This document shows, piece after piece, positions 1-12,187 of a stretch of DNA of 64,000 bases (its first letter is position 1; each line of letters starts with the position of its first letter). The stretch covers positions 2,637,576-2,701,575 of the forward strand of contig MU057887.1 in NCBI GenBank assembly GCA_013265495.1. Direction: 5' to 3'. The stretch comes from Vicugna vicugna. Taxonomy: Eukaryota. A model generated the notes under the pieces. It saw nothing but the letters and a program-made list of their open reading frames with translations. It had not been told where the DNA came from and searched no databases. Both the position numbers and the translations under genes were made by a program.

Positions 1-1029
1 TGTAAAAATAGCAAGTCTGCAAACAGGACTGCGCCCAAGGCCAAGTTCTCCTTCTGAAAAATCAGCGTTCGGCGTTTAACAAGAAAGGGGATCAAGGCTT
101 AGCCTCGCGCACAGTCATGGAGGTCTCGGGGACGAGGACGGAAACTAGGACGTGGGTCCGGCCTGCGCCACCACTGGGCGGGGGCTTGGGCAGCCCCACC
201 CCCACCCTTCAGAGCACAAAGGCTCACCTGGTCTGCCTGGATTAGCTCCACACGTCACCTGACGACATGGAAACATCCTTGAGATCATCTTTCGCATTAT
301 CAGAGTTTCCTTTGAAACTGGAATTTTTAATTGGGAGGAACTTGGGTGTTTCCGTCACGGCTCTTGGTTCACCTCTGACCCCTGGCTGGCAGGGCCGGAA
401 GCTGCAGGGCAAAGATCTTCCCCCCAGTGGCCTGAAACAGGAGAGACTGACTCAGAGCAGAAGCCCCAGCACCGGAAGGGATCAGGTGCCGGCGAGTGGG
501 GCTCTGCAGAGCACCTGCTGGAGGCTGGGATGATGCCAGCTTGGGGGTCCTCTGGGCCCTGCCCGCCCCCGAGTCCTGAGCAGGTGGAGTCCTGGGGCGG
601 GTTCCGGGGTCAGCACTCTGCCCTGGCAGGCGCCCCGTAAACAAGGCTCGAGTGTGCACACGTCACTCTCGCGGTCCTGCACAGCCGCAGTAAGCCCCGA
701 GTCGCTCTGGGAAGTCGTGAGTAAGTCTTGCAGATCTTGAAGAGTCAGAAAGGCCAGATGAGGCTGAGTCGAGATGGGTCTAAGCGGCAGGCACAGGGGC
801 GGAGGCTGCAGGCTCACATCCTGAGATCTCCCACGGGCCGCACCTGAGACCCGCCAGCGACGGGCCATCAGGAGGAGGAGGGACATGAGAAGCGCCCCCT
901 GCTCTGCACCAGCCCCGCGAGCACGGAGGTCCCTAAGTCCACGCTGTCTTCAAGGAGCACAGAGTTTGGGGGGACTGCAGGTGTAAAATCACTAGAGACA
1001 GATGTAAGACCTGCTTCTGTTGACAACCA

Positions 1030-1120
1030 TAATTGTAGCATTTGTTCACGGAGCATCTAGAGGGCGCCTACTGTATACTAGGGTCAGGGATGCGTCCTGA
1101 GGTCGCAGAGATGGACCTGG
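1030..1120 (-). mobile_element. L2 LINE 3' remnant
   Basis: catttgttcacggagcatctagagggcgcctactgtatactagggtcagggatg resembles the reverse complement of the L2 3' end; very diverged. Confidence 0.4.
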
Positions 1121-2539
1121 AGGAGGGAGTCAGGATGTGGCAATGCCCTGTGGCCGGAGCCATAACCCAGACGTGCACCACAGCAGCCCCCGGGAGAGAC
1201 CGGACTGAGAGGGGCTGCTCCTGTGATCCAGGACACCAGCTCTGGACAGAGCCTGAAGCGCCATCCGTGATCCCCGGGATCCAGTCCCAGGGACAGAGGC
1301 GACTTTCCCCGGGTGTAGCATCAGGCCCCCCACTAGGCTCTCTGGTGGACTTCCAGAAGCAGAGCATGAAGTCCGGAACAGGCCCAGGTTAGAGACATTT
1401 CTCTACCGCAGATCAGATGTGGGTCTTCAAGATGGAGCTTCTGATGAAGAGGAAGAAACACCAAGGTGTGAATAAACCAAAATTCCAGGAAGCACCCCCA
1501 CACTCCGCCCTCCCGAGGCTGGGCCCCAGATGCCCCCTTCTTCTGGTCCCCGGGCAGGTCTGACCACTCCCTGCCAGGGGGAGGGCCCTGAGTCAACAGA
1601 CCACAGGTCTGTGGGCAGCACCCCTGTCTCCCTGGGGTCCCCTCCCCACCCGTGCTGCCAGCCACCTCCCACCCGCTAACACCTATGTCTTCGGAGGGGG
1701 CCCCCGGACTGCAGAGCCCCATATCCCAACGCTTGGCAGGACGAGTGCCAGCAAGCGGCATGCCGACACGCTGCTCGCCCAGGGCCAGCGTGAGCCTGCA
1801 CCGGTGGGCACAGACGTGTGAGTGCCCCGGCTTGCCTGTCTTGAAGCTCAGGAGGTCCAAGCTCCTGCTGTTTGCTTCCCCCCACCACCTCCTCCCACCT
1901 GGCTCTCTCCACTCTGAGCACCTCCCGCCTCCCTGCCCTCGACTCTTGGCTCAGAGTCTGCTCCCGGGGAAAGGTGTCTGGGACACAGAGTCCCCTTCTG
2001 GGCCCGACTGCCTCATCTCCGTCATCTCTGCTGCCAGGAGAAACACACGCTCTTCCAAACCAATAGTAGGGGGCTGCAGGGCTGTGTCTCCCCTGAGCAG
2101 GCAGGTTTTCTGCACACCGGGCTGCAGCCTGGTCCCCAGAAAGAACACATGTTCAAGCTCTTCACGTATTAATTCTGGGACCTCGGCGAGCCCTCTAACC
2201 CCCAAGGGCAAGTCCTTCATCTCTGAGAGGAGATCGTTGCACCAGCCTACCCAGGAACTGAGCGACACGATGTGTGTCGAATGTGTCTGTCGTCTAGTTG
2301 CTGCAAAGAGAGACAGCAGTCACCCCTCTGCATTCATCCTGGTCCTGGTCCTCGGGGCTCTAGGATTCCTCAAAGCCACCCACAAGCCCTGCCTGGGCTC
2401 ATCATTCTCCATCCACAGAGCCGCGGCTGTCCTGACCACAGACACTGACGCGCAGACCTTGCTGAAGCCCTACTGTATGCAGCTGTGTTTTAGACACTGT
2501 GCAAAGTCACTCATTCTGGGCTCTGAAGTGGCTGCAAAA

Positions 2540-2665
2540 TCATCCTCCAGTTCCAAATGAGGGGGCTGAGGCACAGAGAGGTTTTGTAACTCACCAGAGG
2601 TCACACAGCTAAGAGCGAAGATCAGGGCTCAGGTCCAGACGTTTGGCTTCCGTTGTCCGAGCTCT
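2540..2665 (-). mobile_element. MIR SINE
   Basis: aaatgagggggctgaggcacagagaggttttgtaactcaccagaggtcacacagcta matches the antisense MIR core. Confidence 0.8.
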
Positions 2666-2863
2666 CAGATCCCCTGTCTGAGTCCAGGGCCTGCCCACTG
2701 GCTTAGTAACCCCTCGAGAGGCCAATGACAGAGCAGAGTAACTGGATCGCAGGCTAGGCTAACTCCTCTGCTTGCTGCCATCGCACCCCGAGCACGGCGC
2801 TCTGAGGCAGTCTGGCGTTATGACTCGCTAGCACTGAGACTGTATCAAATCAGCCCTACTTAC

Positions 2864-2885
2864 CAAAAATACGCCTTGTGTCCAT
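2864..2885 (-). CDS. Candidate start-codon coding segment (MDTRRIF + 1 nt, phase-1 donor) of an unidentified minus-strand gene
   Basis: Minus strand reads gcaATATGGACACAAGGCGTATTTTTG|GTAAGTAG. Strong Kozak context (A-3, G+4), consensus donor at 2864|2863, no upstream ATG up to ~3280, unique CpG-rich context. Peptide not recognised. Confidence 0.5.
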
Positions 2886-3310
2886 ATTGCCTGTCGCACC
2901 GAGCGAGGAGCTGCCAGGGACAACAGCGCCTGGCTCTCGCAGCCCGGGAGCTGGCACGGGGTCCGCCGCGGTCTGGAGGGCTCGGTGGACGGCGGGGCTG
3001 ACGCGTGCGTGTCAGAGAAACAGCCCACGTCCCCAGTACTGAAGAGGGGGCTCCACGTCGGTTATAAGTAAGGAGACCAGCAGAGACAGAGAGGAAGGAC
3101 AGGCGGAGAGGAAGTAACAGATTCCACACTGTCCTTGAAGAGCGGGGACGGCAGCTGGGGGAGCCTGCACCGGAGCCTGGAGCAGCTCCGCCCGTCCCGC
3201 CGCCTCCCCCGCGGGCCCGAGCAGCCCGGACGACACCGATAATGAACACGCGGTTCAAGGTCCAGGAACAGGAAGACAAGACCAGGGAAGTGAGGCCGCG
3301 GACGCTCGCT
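2886..3310 (-). promoter_or_regulatory. CpG-rich 5' UTR/promoter or splice-acceptor region upstream of the candidate ATG
   Basis: Dense CpG and GC-box-like sequence. Minus-strand TATAA at 3066-3062 lies ~26 nt upstream of TCAGT at ~3040. The same bases also read as branch point plus acceptor ccccctcttcag|t (exon 3038-2864). Confidence 0.45.
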
Positions 3311-5339
3311 AAGCGCCTACTGTGTGCGGGGCGCAGCCCAGCGCCACTCCCGTCCCTGACGCCGGCCTCAACTCATCCCAGCAGGCGAGACTGGGCAGCC
3401 CGCCTTCACACCACAGGAGAGTGCGTGTCCGGGAGGCGAGTCCCCCCCGGGGCCGTGCCGCGCACGCCCTCTGCAGTCCTGCCACCTCTGGCTCCGCGCC
3501 CAGGTCTCTCCTGACCCAGGCTGTCTGCCAGGGTTTTGGGACTGCGGACAGGGTGACAGCAGCAGGGCTTCCCGGGGCTCTGAGCGGCCAGCAGAGACCC
3601 ATGAGCTTAGCATCCCTGGGGTGTTGCTGTGTTACCTCCAGGCAGGACAGGTGGGCCTGGGCCAGGCCCGGGGGCCTGCGAAACATCGCCAGGGAGTGTG
3701 GACCCCAGAAGGCTCCTTGCAGAGGGGGCAGCATCAGGTCAGTGCCCCACAACGGGGAGCATGTCGCGCTGCGGGGCGTGTGTGGCGTGTGCTGGAGACA
3801 GACAGAGGACGGGGGAAGCCAGGCCAGCCTGGCCCCCGGACCACTCACCCCAGCCTAGGGGCACCGCTGGACACCGTGCGACGTGAACGGAGAGCTTTCC
3901 CTGGTGTGCTGCCAGCAGGGACGGAAGGATGCTCCCCAGCAGTGGGGGCAGCTCCGGGCGAGCAGGCTGACGGGAGGGGGCGCCCCTGCAGCCATACAGT
4001 TGTCTCCATCTCGGTCAGCCCCAGCCACAGGGCCAGGGCTGTGGGCTCGCAGCAGCCTGGACCTTCGGGAGCTCAGAGGTCACGCACTCCAGCCGCCTGC
4101 CTGACCCGCAAGGGAAACCATGGCTCTGGGAGTGAAGCGGCCACTGGGTCACTCCCTCCCGTCCCTAGGTGTCTACAGCCAGGACCCTTGAGGCCTCCTG
4201 TTGACAAGGCCTCACCCAGAGCCGCACAGACTGAGGACCAGGCTGCAGGGGGTCCGCCACATGCCCCCACCACCACCACTGAGCCGGGGAGCAGACAGTC
4301 ATGCACCCTCCCCAGCTCTGCTTGCAGTGGGGCAAAGAGCTGTCACCAGCCCCAGGGCCACAAGGGCACAGGAGGACACATCACAGGGCAGGGGGGGTCC
4401 GCCTCCGACCCCAGCTCGTGGCCGCCTGTGCCTTCTCTGACGTGAGCGCTGAGGCTGGGCCTGGAGACGCCTGGAGCAGCTCTGGGACTCCGCCCAGACC
4501 GTGGTGGCTGGAAATGCATCCAGTCTCTGGGGGAAAGAGAGCACGGGGAGGCCCTCAGGCCCACAGGCCCCACGGGCCGTCCGGACGGAACCGTCTCCAG
4601 GATGCGCCTGTGTTTTGACGTAACTGTCTTTCTCCTCTGAAACACAGCTCAGGTTCTCCTGATCAGCAGACAAACGAAACTCAGCACCTGGGGAAGGGGG
4701 TGGGGGTGCGGGGAGCAAGTCGCGGTTAACAGGAGCAGGGTCGGGGAGCCACACTGACACCGCGTGAGGGGGGCAGTTATGCCCACGTGTCGGAAACCCT
4801 GGTGCCGTGAAGTGCTGAAGCTTCAGGAAACGTGAGAAGCGCTCCCCGCGAAAGAGGCCGTGCCAGCTTCGTTTTTGTTTCTGAAACATACATAAGATTC
4901 GGCGGAAATACTTGAAAAGCAGTACTCGTGCACGCACGTGTGCAGGGCGTCCTTTGAGAACGACCGTTACTACAGACGCCCTGCTGGTCCCTGGGCCTCC
5001 AGCCCGCGGTCACCAGGCAGCGCCTGATGCGGACACGTGGGCTCGCTCCCCGGGGCGGCCCCAAGCCAGCCCCCCCATCACTGCGCGTTTTCCACCCTAA
5101 CCTGCCTCCTTCTCCCACTTCAGCCAGTTTTGTGCTGTTAGTCAATATTCTTTCAGTTTATGCTACATTTTTGCTGGAGAGTCTTATTCCTAATGGCTGT
5201 GGCTCACATAAGGAAATTTTACATAAAAACTTCATATAAAAACAAAGGGAAGCTTCACATGAGAAACACCGATTTGTTCTCCACGCACACTACCACTGTG
5301 CTCACCCTGGGGGAGGGGGATGAGGCCGGGAAAGGTGGC

Positions 5340-5760
5340 TGGAGTGTCCTGCACAGATGGTGGTTCCTTACTCTCTCATGTGAGGAAGGGTGTGGGACAG
5401 AAGGCCTACAGGGTAGGCCACCCAGGTTTTCTCTCCTCGTCCCAGAACTCAGGGCCTCCACTCCTAAGTTCACCTCATGCTACAAAATAGCTGCACCTGC
5501 TTCAGCCATCACATCTGCATTCCCACCAGCTGGAAAGAAGAAAAGGTGTGATAAGGCACACTTCCCTTTAAGGGGCTGTACACACCATCTTGGCCATTTT
5601 ACTGGCCAAAACTTTGTCTCACAGCCACATCTAGCTGTAAGGGAGGTTGGGAAAAGAGGTCATACTTTGGGCAATCTTGAGCCCAGCTAAAATGTGGTGG
5701 TGCTATTATGAAAGAAGAGAGAGAAAATAGATGTTGGAGCAATCAGCAGTCTCTTTCACA
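5340..5760 (-). mobile_element. MaLR LTR (MLT1J/K-like)
   Basis: aaaatagctgcacctgcttcagccatcacatctgcattcc ... acagccacatctagctgtaagggaggttgggaaa ... gcagtctctttcaca are typical old MLT1 motifs. Confidence 0.75.
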
Positions 5761-5844
5761 ACCAGCAGTATGTATTAATGCCATGAATCCTCTAGACTTT
5801 GAATGCACTCAGTTAATTATGTTTCCTTTTTTGTGAATATGCTC

Positions 5845-7215
5845 TTTAAAATGAATACATTTTATTTCTGAGCGTGGTTTCAGTTTTACAGAACAACTGA
5901 ACAGAAAGTGCACAGAGTTCCCATGTNNNNNNNNNNNNNNNNNNNNNNNNNNNNNNNNNNNNNNNNNNNNNNNNNNNNNNNNNNNNNNNNNNNNNNNNNN
6001 NNNNNNNNNNNNNNNNNNNNNNNNNNNNNNNNNNNNNNNNNNNNNNNNNNNNNNNNNNNNNNNNNNNNAGGGTTCACGTGTTATAATTTCTACGTGGTTT
6101 GGACAAACGCATGCTGATGCGTACCCGCCATGACAGAGTCACACAGTAGTTTCATTGCCCTAACTGCCCTCTGTGTCCACCTCTTCACCTCCTCTCCTCT
6201 GGCCCCTGGCAACCACTGACCCTTTTACTGTCTCCACAGTTTTGCCTTTTCCAGAAGGTCAGAGGGTCAGAATCACACTGTACGCAGCCTTTCCAGACTG
6301 GCTCCTTTCACTTAGTGACATTCACTGATGTTCCCTCCATGTCTTTTTATGACTTGATAGCTTGTTCCTTTTCAGTGCTGAGTAATATTCCACTGTCTGG
6401 ATGGACCACAGTTTATCCATTCATCTGCTGACACCTTAGGTACCTCCAGGCTCTGACGATTATGAATAAAGCTGCTAAAAACATCCATTTGCAGGTTTTT
6501 GTGTGGACATAACTGGAAAGGCTGCATACAGTGTGATGGCTGGATCACTGGATCGTGTAGGAAGAGTGTGTCTTGCTTTCCAAGAGCCTCCAGTGGCTCC
6601 CGAGTGGCTGCAGAGTTCTGTGTTCCCACCGGCAGCGACTGGGGGTCCCTGCTGCACCACACCCTCGCCAGCGTGCAGCGCTGGCGGAGCTCTGGGTTTT
6701 CACCGTTCTGGCCGGTATGTGTGGCATCTCCGCGTTTTAATTCACAGTTTCCTAGTGCAATGTGCTTGCGTGCATCTGAATATCTTCTCTTGTGAGGTTT
6801 CTCTTCAAATCTTTTTCTCACACTTTAATTGCATTTATTCCTTATTATTGGGTTTTAATAGTTCTTTGTAGAGTCTGGACGTGTAGGTCCTTCCTCAGAC
6901 ATGCACTCTGCAAGTACCCCTTCCCAGCTGGAGGCTTGTCCCTCCTGTTCTCCTAGCAGTGGCTTCTGAAGAGCAGAAGTTTTAATTTTAATGAAGCCCA
7001 ACTTAGCATTTTTCCTTCTTTCTCAGATCATGCTTTTGGTGTTACATCTAAAAACTCATTACTAAACCCAAGGTCACTCAGACTTTCCCTGTGCTATCAC
7101 CTAGGAATTTAATACTTTGCATTTTACATTTAGCTCTATGATCTATTTTGAGTTAATTTTTGAGAAAGGTGGAAGGTCAGTGTCGAGATTCACTTTTTGC
7201 GTGTGTGTCTCCTTG
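5845..7215 (-). mobile_element. L1MC-type LINE-1 3' portion, spanning the assembly gap
   Basis: cagttttacagaacaactgaacagaaagtgcacagagttcccat, ccctggcaaccactgaccc and attatgaataaagctgctaaaaacatccatttgcaggtttttgtgtggacata are antisense L1 3'UTR/ORF2-end motifs. Confidence 0.85.
5927..6068. other. Assembly gap (142 N)
   Basis: Run of N in the sequence. Confidence 1.
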
Positions 7216-8319
7216 TGAATACTTTTGTACCATGAAATATTAATTATGAGGACTGCAAAGAGACGGAAAGTACGACATAACGGGAAGTGGGAGGCGGCAG
7301 GCAAACCCGTGTCTGCAGTACTTCCAGGTGTGGACGCCGTGTCTGGATTAGTAGCGAAGGGCAAGGGAGCGACGGAGGGGAGGAGGGCCCGAGACGGGGG
7401 CGGGGTGGGACGGCCATGCAGCCAAGCCGCCACCCAGGGCCTCGGGGCCACACACCTGTGTCGTGGGCGGGGCAGGCGGAGCCTGGGCAGGGCCCGGAAG
7501 AGGGCCATCTGCTAAGCCACGGAGACTGGGGAGCGCCCAGCAAACAGTGGGAAGGGAAGGGCTGGGAGCCACAGATGCTTCTGGAAGACAAGAACCCCCT
7601 GCAGGCCCTGAGCTCGGCAGAGCCGCCCTGGCCGTGGCGCCATCTCCCCGCGCCGTCAGTGACGCTCCAAGTGGTAGAAGCGGGCTGGAGCCGTGGTGCC
7701 CTGAGCTCCAGTGCGGGAGGATCTCAAAGTTGCAAACGGCAAGACCGACGAGAGCCCGACACGGTTTACCCGCCCACGGCTTTGGCCCCGAACTCCCACC
7801 TGAAGACCCCGGTCGTGGAGAAGGCAGCTTGGATGGTGCAAGATGAGGGTCCAGCTGGCCTGCATGGCCAGACCCACAGCAGGGCAGGCTCCCCTCCCCC
7901 CTCCCCTTGGGTCCCACACCCCCAAGTCTGGAGGCCCGGACCAGCTGCTCCCCAGCTGGCATCTCACGCTTGCTGGCCAGCCCTCAACCCCCGCTCCTCC
8001 ACCGAGGGTCAGCCTGTTGCCCCCAGATCCCAACGTGAAACCTCACAGCAGCCTCGGTGGCGCTCTGACTGCGAGCCCACGTGGAGGCTCCTACTCGTGG
8101 GCCGTCCTTGCGGGGAATCCTGGAGCCATCAGGGAAGGGAGGCGTCCCCTGGGCGTCGTGAACGTGCGGAGCAGCCGGCATCTGTGGGGCCCGAACGCAC
8201 CTGTTCAAAATAAAAAGGTGCTGATGAGTATGTGCTATGGGCTTAATCCAATTAGGTGGTTTACTTAAAATAAGGCTTTGGGGGTGAGGACAGACATTAG
8301 CAGCGCACTTCTGGGCTAC

Positions 8320-8355
8320 GGGGGAGCGTCTTCGCCCGGGGGAGCGTCTTCGCCC
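8320..8355. repeat. Perfect 18-bp tandem duplication
   Basis: gggggagcgtcttcgccc x2. Confidence 0.95.
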
Positions 8356-9529
8356 AGAGCTGCGTCATCGCAGGCACCAGGCCCAGACGCTGACCGATGC
8401 CCTGGATGTCCGCCCGCAACACAGAAGGCAGAGACATGGGTCCTCCCCGGTGGGCCAGCATGCGGGCTCGGAAACACCAGCTTCGTCCCTGTAAGGACTG
8501 CATGCACTGCGTTCCCCGGGGACCACCATGGAGTCCCGGGTCTGGCGGGGCATTAGGGGACTTCGGTTTGCTTTGTCTGGAGCACAGAGGGTGGAAGTGG
8601 TGATGGGAGGAAAACCCAGAGGGAAGGTAAGTGCACGGTCGTGGCAGGAAGCTCCGGGTGCCTTGAGGAGGAGTGAGGACTTCGTCTCCAGACACAGCCC
8701 AGGACTGTCCCATACACAGTGCCAAAGGGCATCTTAGACCATCTGTCGTCTTTCGGCCATCCTCAGCATCATAGCCTCCCGGGGCTGCACTGGCCCCCGG
8801 ACACCCAAAGCCAGTCTTACATCCAACCCAGGAACCCTCCAGATGAGCCCAGACAAGGACGGCCACCTTCTGCCCAAGTCGCCCGTGACGCGGGGCCTGC
8901 TGGCTGCCCAGCTCATCTGTACTGTTCCACAAGTCACGATGTTCTTTTTATATTAATCGGAACCTGTTGTCCTGACGCTTCCATCTGTCAAAGCTGTGTC
9001 TCTTCCCCACAGCCAGCCACAGAGAACAGATCTGTTCCCTCGTCCTCGGGAGAGAGGACAGACCCTTGTTTGTCTGAAAGCAGCTCTCATGTCCCTGAAC
9101 CTGCCACCGCCTGTGCAACCTTAGGAGAAAAACTGCCACTGAAGAGGCACCCACCACTTGTCAAGCATTTTATTTGGGTCAAAACACAGTGACCCCCATT
9201 TAGATTCCCATTCTTGCCGATGGGCGGAGGGAAGGGACCGTGGCACACAGGTAGGTGGGCGCAGGGCAGGGGGGGAGGATGGCAGGTGGATGGATGGGTT
9301 CAGGGGGATAACGGCTCAGCCACGGTCCACAGGAAGAAGGGGGAGCTGATACAAACTCAGGCTGTTTAGCTCTGAAGGCCCCCTTCCGCCAGGGCTGCAG
9401 AGTGTTGGCCTCTCTTAGGGGCTGAACACCCCTAGTCCCATCAGCGCCCCAGGGGAACAGGCGCCCAGGCCCTTGCCCCACCATCAGCCCCTTCTGCGGA
9501 AAGGCACCCCTGCACCTCTTTCCTCTTCT

Positions 9530-9960
9530 GTGTCTGCTAGAAAGGCGTTCAGGTCAAACAACAGGATGCCTGGCCAGCACTGCCTCAGATAAATAGAGTA
9601 GTTCAGACCCTGGGGTGGGCGGCCCAGGGCTGGTGCAGTGGCTCAAAATTGGCAGCAGGACCCCAAGCTCTTTTCCTCTTTGGGTTCCACCGCCTACAGC
9701 AAGTGTCCGCAAGACGGCTGTCCGCCTCCAGGCACGACATCCCTCAGAAAGGAGGAGGGCGGGCCGCGGCTTTCTCCTCGGGCTGCTCTGTCTCTATTCC
9801 AGAAGGCGGGCGCCCCCGACACGCTTCCTCCTCCATCTCAGCCAGAACAAGGCTGCGCTCACTGCAAAGACCAGTCTCCGGCCAGGAGCGGTGAAGCGAG
9901 CGTGATGGCTTAGATCGGCCGTGCCTCCCTCCCCGAGGTGGGGGTGGACTCTGTCCTGTC
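9530..9960 (-). mobile_element. MaLR LTR (MLT1K/L-like), GC-shifted
   Basis: ccagggctggtgcagtggctc, gcaagacggctgtccgcctccaggcacgacatcc, catctcagccagaac, tgatggcttagatc. Confidence 0.6.
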
Positions 9961-10159
9961 AGACCCCGCGTCCCTGGGAACTCTCTGGAGACAAGGATCT
10001 CTGTGCAGCCATCAAGGAGGCCATGGAGGGTGTCAGCCTGACCCTCTGGAATTTAATCTCCCTGGAAGTCTCTGCTGGGAGCGTTTCTTTTTGAGAGAGA
10101 GCGGAAGTTTGAGCAAGAGTAACAACAAACTAGTATTGGAATCTCAGGCACCATCTGCC

Positions 10160-10532
10160 GTAGGTCACGTGCGCAGTAGGTCATGTCCGCAGTAGGTCAT
10201 GTCCACAGTAGGTCATGTGCTCAGTAGGCCATGTGTGCAGTAGGTCAGGTGCGCAGTAGGTCAGGTCCACAGTAGGTCATGTGTGCAGTAGGTCAGGTCC
10301 GCAGTAGGTCATGTGCTCAGTAGGCCATGTGTGCAGTAGGTCAGGTGCGCAGTAGGTCAGGTCCACAGTAGGTCATGTCCGCAGTAGGTCATGTGCTCAG
10401 TAGGTCATGTGCGCAGTAGGTCATGTGCGCAGTAGGTCAGGTCCACGGTAGGCCATGTGCGCGGTAGGCCATGTGCGCAGTAGGTCAGGTCCGCAGTAGG
10501 TCAGGTCCGTAGTAGGTCAGGTCCGTAGTAGG
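10160..10532. repeat. 16-bp minisatellite, 23 full units (GTAGGTCAKGTSCGCA-like)
   Basis: Units counted directly at a fixed 16-bp period from 10160 to 10527, plus a partial GTAGG. Confidence 0.97.
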
Positions 10533-10604
10533 CAGACAGAGAAAGGTCATCAAAAAGGACTTCAACAAACGTGCGGGGTGCACGGAGGGAAAGGGCTTTG
10601 GTGC

Positions 10605-10860
10605 ACAGGTGGGTGGGCGCAGAGCAGGAGGGAAGGATGGTGCATGGATGGAGGGTGGATGGCGGCTGGGTGACTGGATGCATTAGCGCATGAGTGGATG
10701 AGTGGATGGAGGGGGAGAGAGAGGAGAGGATGGGGGAGGGAGGGAGAAGGGAAGAGGAGCAGGATGTGTGGGTGGATGGGTGTACTGGTACGAATGAATG
10801 AATGGATAGAGGGAGAGATGGATGAGCAGATGGAGGGATGGATGGAGGCTAGCTGATTCA
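10605..10860. repeat. Degenerate (TGGA)n / GA-rich low-complexity tract
   Basis: ggatggatggagggtggatg ... gaatgaatgaatggata. Confidence 0.85.
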
Positions 10861-12083
10861 GAAGGCTTCTTTTGGAAAATGCCTTTCTGTTTTCCTCAAT
10901 TCTTAGGACTTGGCTTTGGCTGGAAAGCACCGGAGCAGGGTGCTGAGTGCTCGCTGGCTTTCAGACTCTTCTGAGCAGGTTTCTGAGCTGTGAGCGTGCT
11001 CCCAGTGGGGGACCAAGGCTGGTGAGCCATTGTCAGGCTAAGGCAGGTGGGTGGACAGCAGCGCTCTCTGGAATGGCCTTTTTCTCCCACCAGCACTTGC
11101 CTCCGATGCCAATAATGAGGCTCCTCCATCAGGGACGGGATGTCGCTGGGCCCACATGCCGCCCTGTGCGGGCAGCCAGCAGATGGCTCACACAGAGCCC
11201 GTGGAGGACGAGATGCGGGGGTGGGGGGCCCGGGGTCCAGCTCAGCAAGGGCTCCTGGGCTCCCTGTGGTCCCTGAGGAGGGGTCTCCACCCTGGATGAG
11301 CATCCTTCGCCCTCATCAAAGGAGCTGGGAGGGGCATGCGATCCTGCTCACTGGCAGCTTCAGACGTTGGGAACAGTCCAAAGAAAGGGGTGGGGACACC
11401 AAAGGGGTCCTAGCTTCATGCCGTGAGAACACCTGCCTCCCCGCTGCCCAGCTGCCCAGGGGGGTGGGGGTGACACCCTCTGACCTGGGCCTGTCCCTGC
11501 AGGACCCTGGCAGCCCCTCCCCAGGTGTGTGTTGGGGGGTGGAAGGGGGCTCTCCTGAGGTCACTGGAGGTCCCTGAGGTGGAGGAAGGGGAGATGCTAG
11601 CCTCAGCCAGCCTCGCAATGGACCCCCGTCATCCTCACAATCCAGGCCTCAACCAGGATCCCAAAGAGATTCAGAGGGAGCGAACCCTGCCCCTTCCAGG
11701 GGCAGGTGTGGGGCGGGGCCTCAAAGCCCGGGGGCGGAGCCCGGGGGCGAGCGGAGCTGGGGCGCCGGTGCCACGCGGGCATCTGGGGGGCCAGCACCTG
11801 GGCTCGGAGGACACGGGGATGAGGACGGAACCGGCCGCGGGGAGCGGGTCTGTTCATGGGCCGCCTGCACGGCTGTGCTTGTTCCTTTCTTGTTCCCCTC
11901 AGATCTCAGCAAAGGCTTTTTGGAAAATTCCAGCCTGGCACGGCTGTGCTGAGCACAGGGGAGGTTTCAGAGGCTGGCATCTCAGTGGCCCCTGAGATGG
12001 GAGCACTGAGTGTCACGGCGGGAGGCGGGAGGAGGTGAACAGAGGAGAAGCCGCGGGTGGGCGTGGGGGGCAGACTTGGGGCT

Positions 12084-12187
12084 GAGGATGAGGGCCACCC
12101 ACGTTTCTTTATCATATGATGATAAAGAGTCTTCTGAGTCTTCTGAGTCTTCGGAATTTCCAGAAGGCTGGGTGCCTGCGTCAGCAC
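12084..12187. repeat. Locally templated insertion: inverted 38 bp + direct 46 bp copies of 13036-13137
   Basis: 12084-12121 is the exact reverse complement of 13036-13073; 12142-12187 is identical to 13092-13137. Confidence 0.95.

Noticed and set aside
1054..1068. CTCF-like motif CATCTAGAGGGCGC
   Set aside because: Mismatched at the 5' core positions and lies within a probable L2 remnant; cannot be supported without ChIP data
1652..2560. 302-aa ORF, and other long ORFs such as 3621-4445, 7287-8213, 36749-37738 and 56347-57156
   Set aside because: Pro/Gly/Arg/Ala-rich translations with no recognisable domain, overlapping ORFs in many frames, often running through repeats; expected by chance in GC-rich DNA with few stop codons
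2864..2885. Assigning a gene symbol to the MDTRRIF exon
   Set aside because: I could not match the peptide or the 36-nt candidate exon to any gene from memory with confidence, so it is left unnamed
2900..2922. Partial REST/NRSE-like sequence (ggacaacagcgcc)
   Set aside because: Left half-site missing and right half-site interrupted
8620..8632. Perfect plus-strand donor AAG|GTAAGT
   Set aside because: No convincing acceptor or reading frame upstream; an isolated match is expected by chance in 64 kb
10160..10532. Regular repeat array superficially like a CRISPR
   Set aside because: Head-to-tail 16-bp units with no unique spacers, in mammalian DNA with no cas genes: a minisatellite
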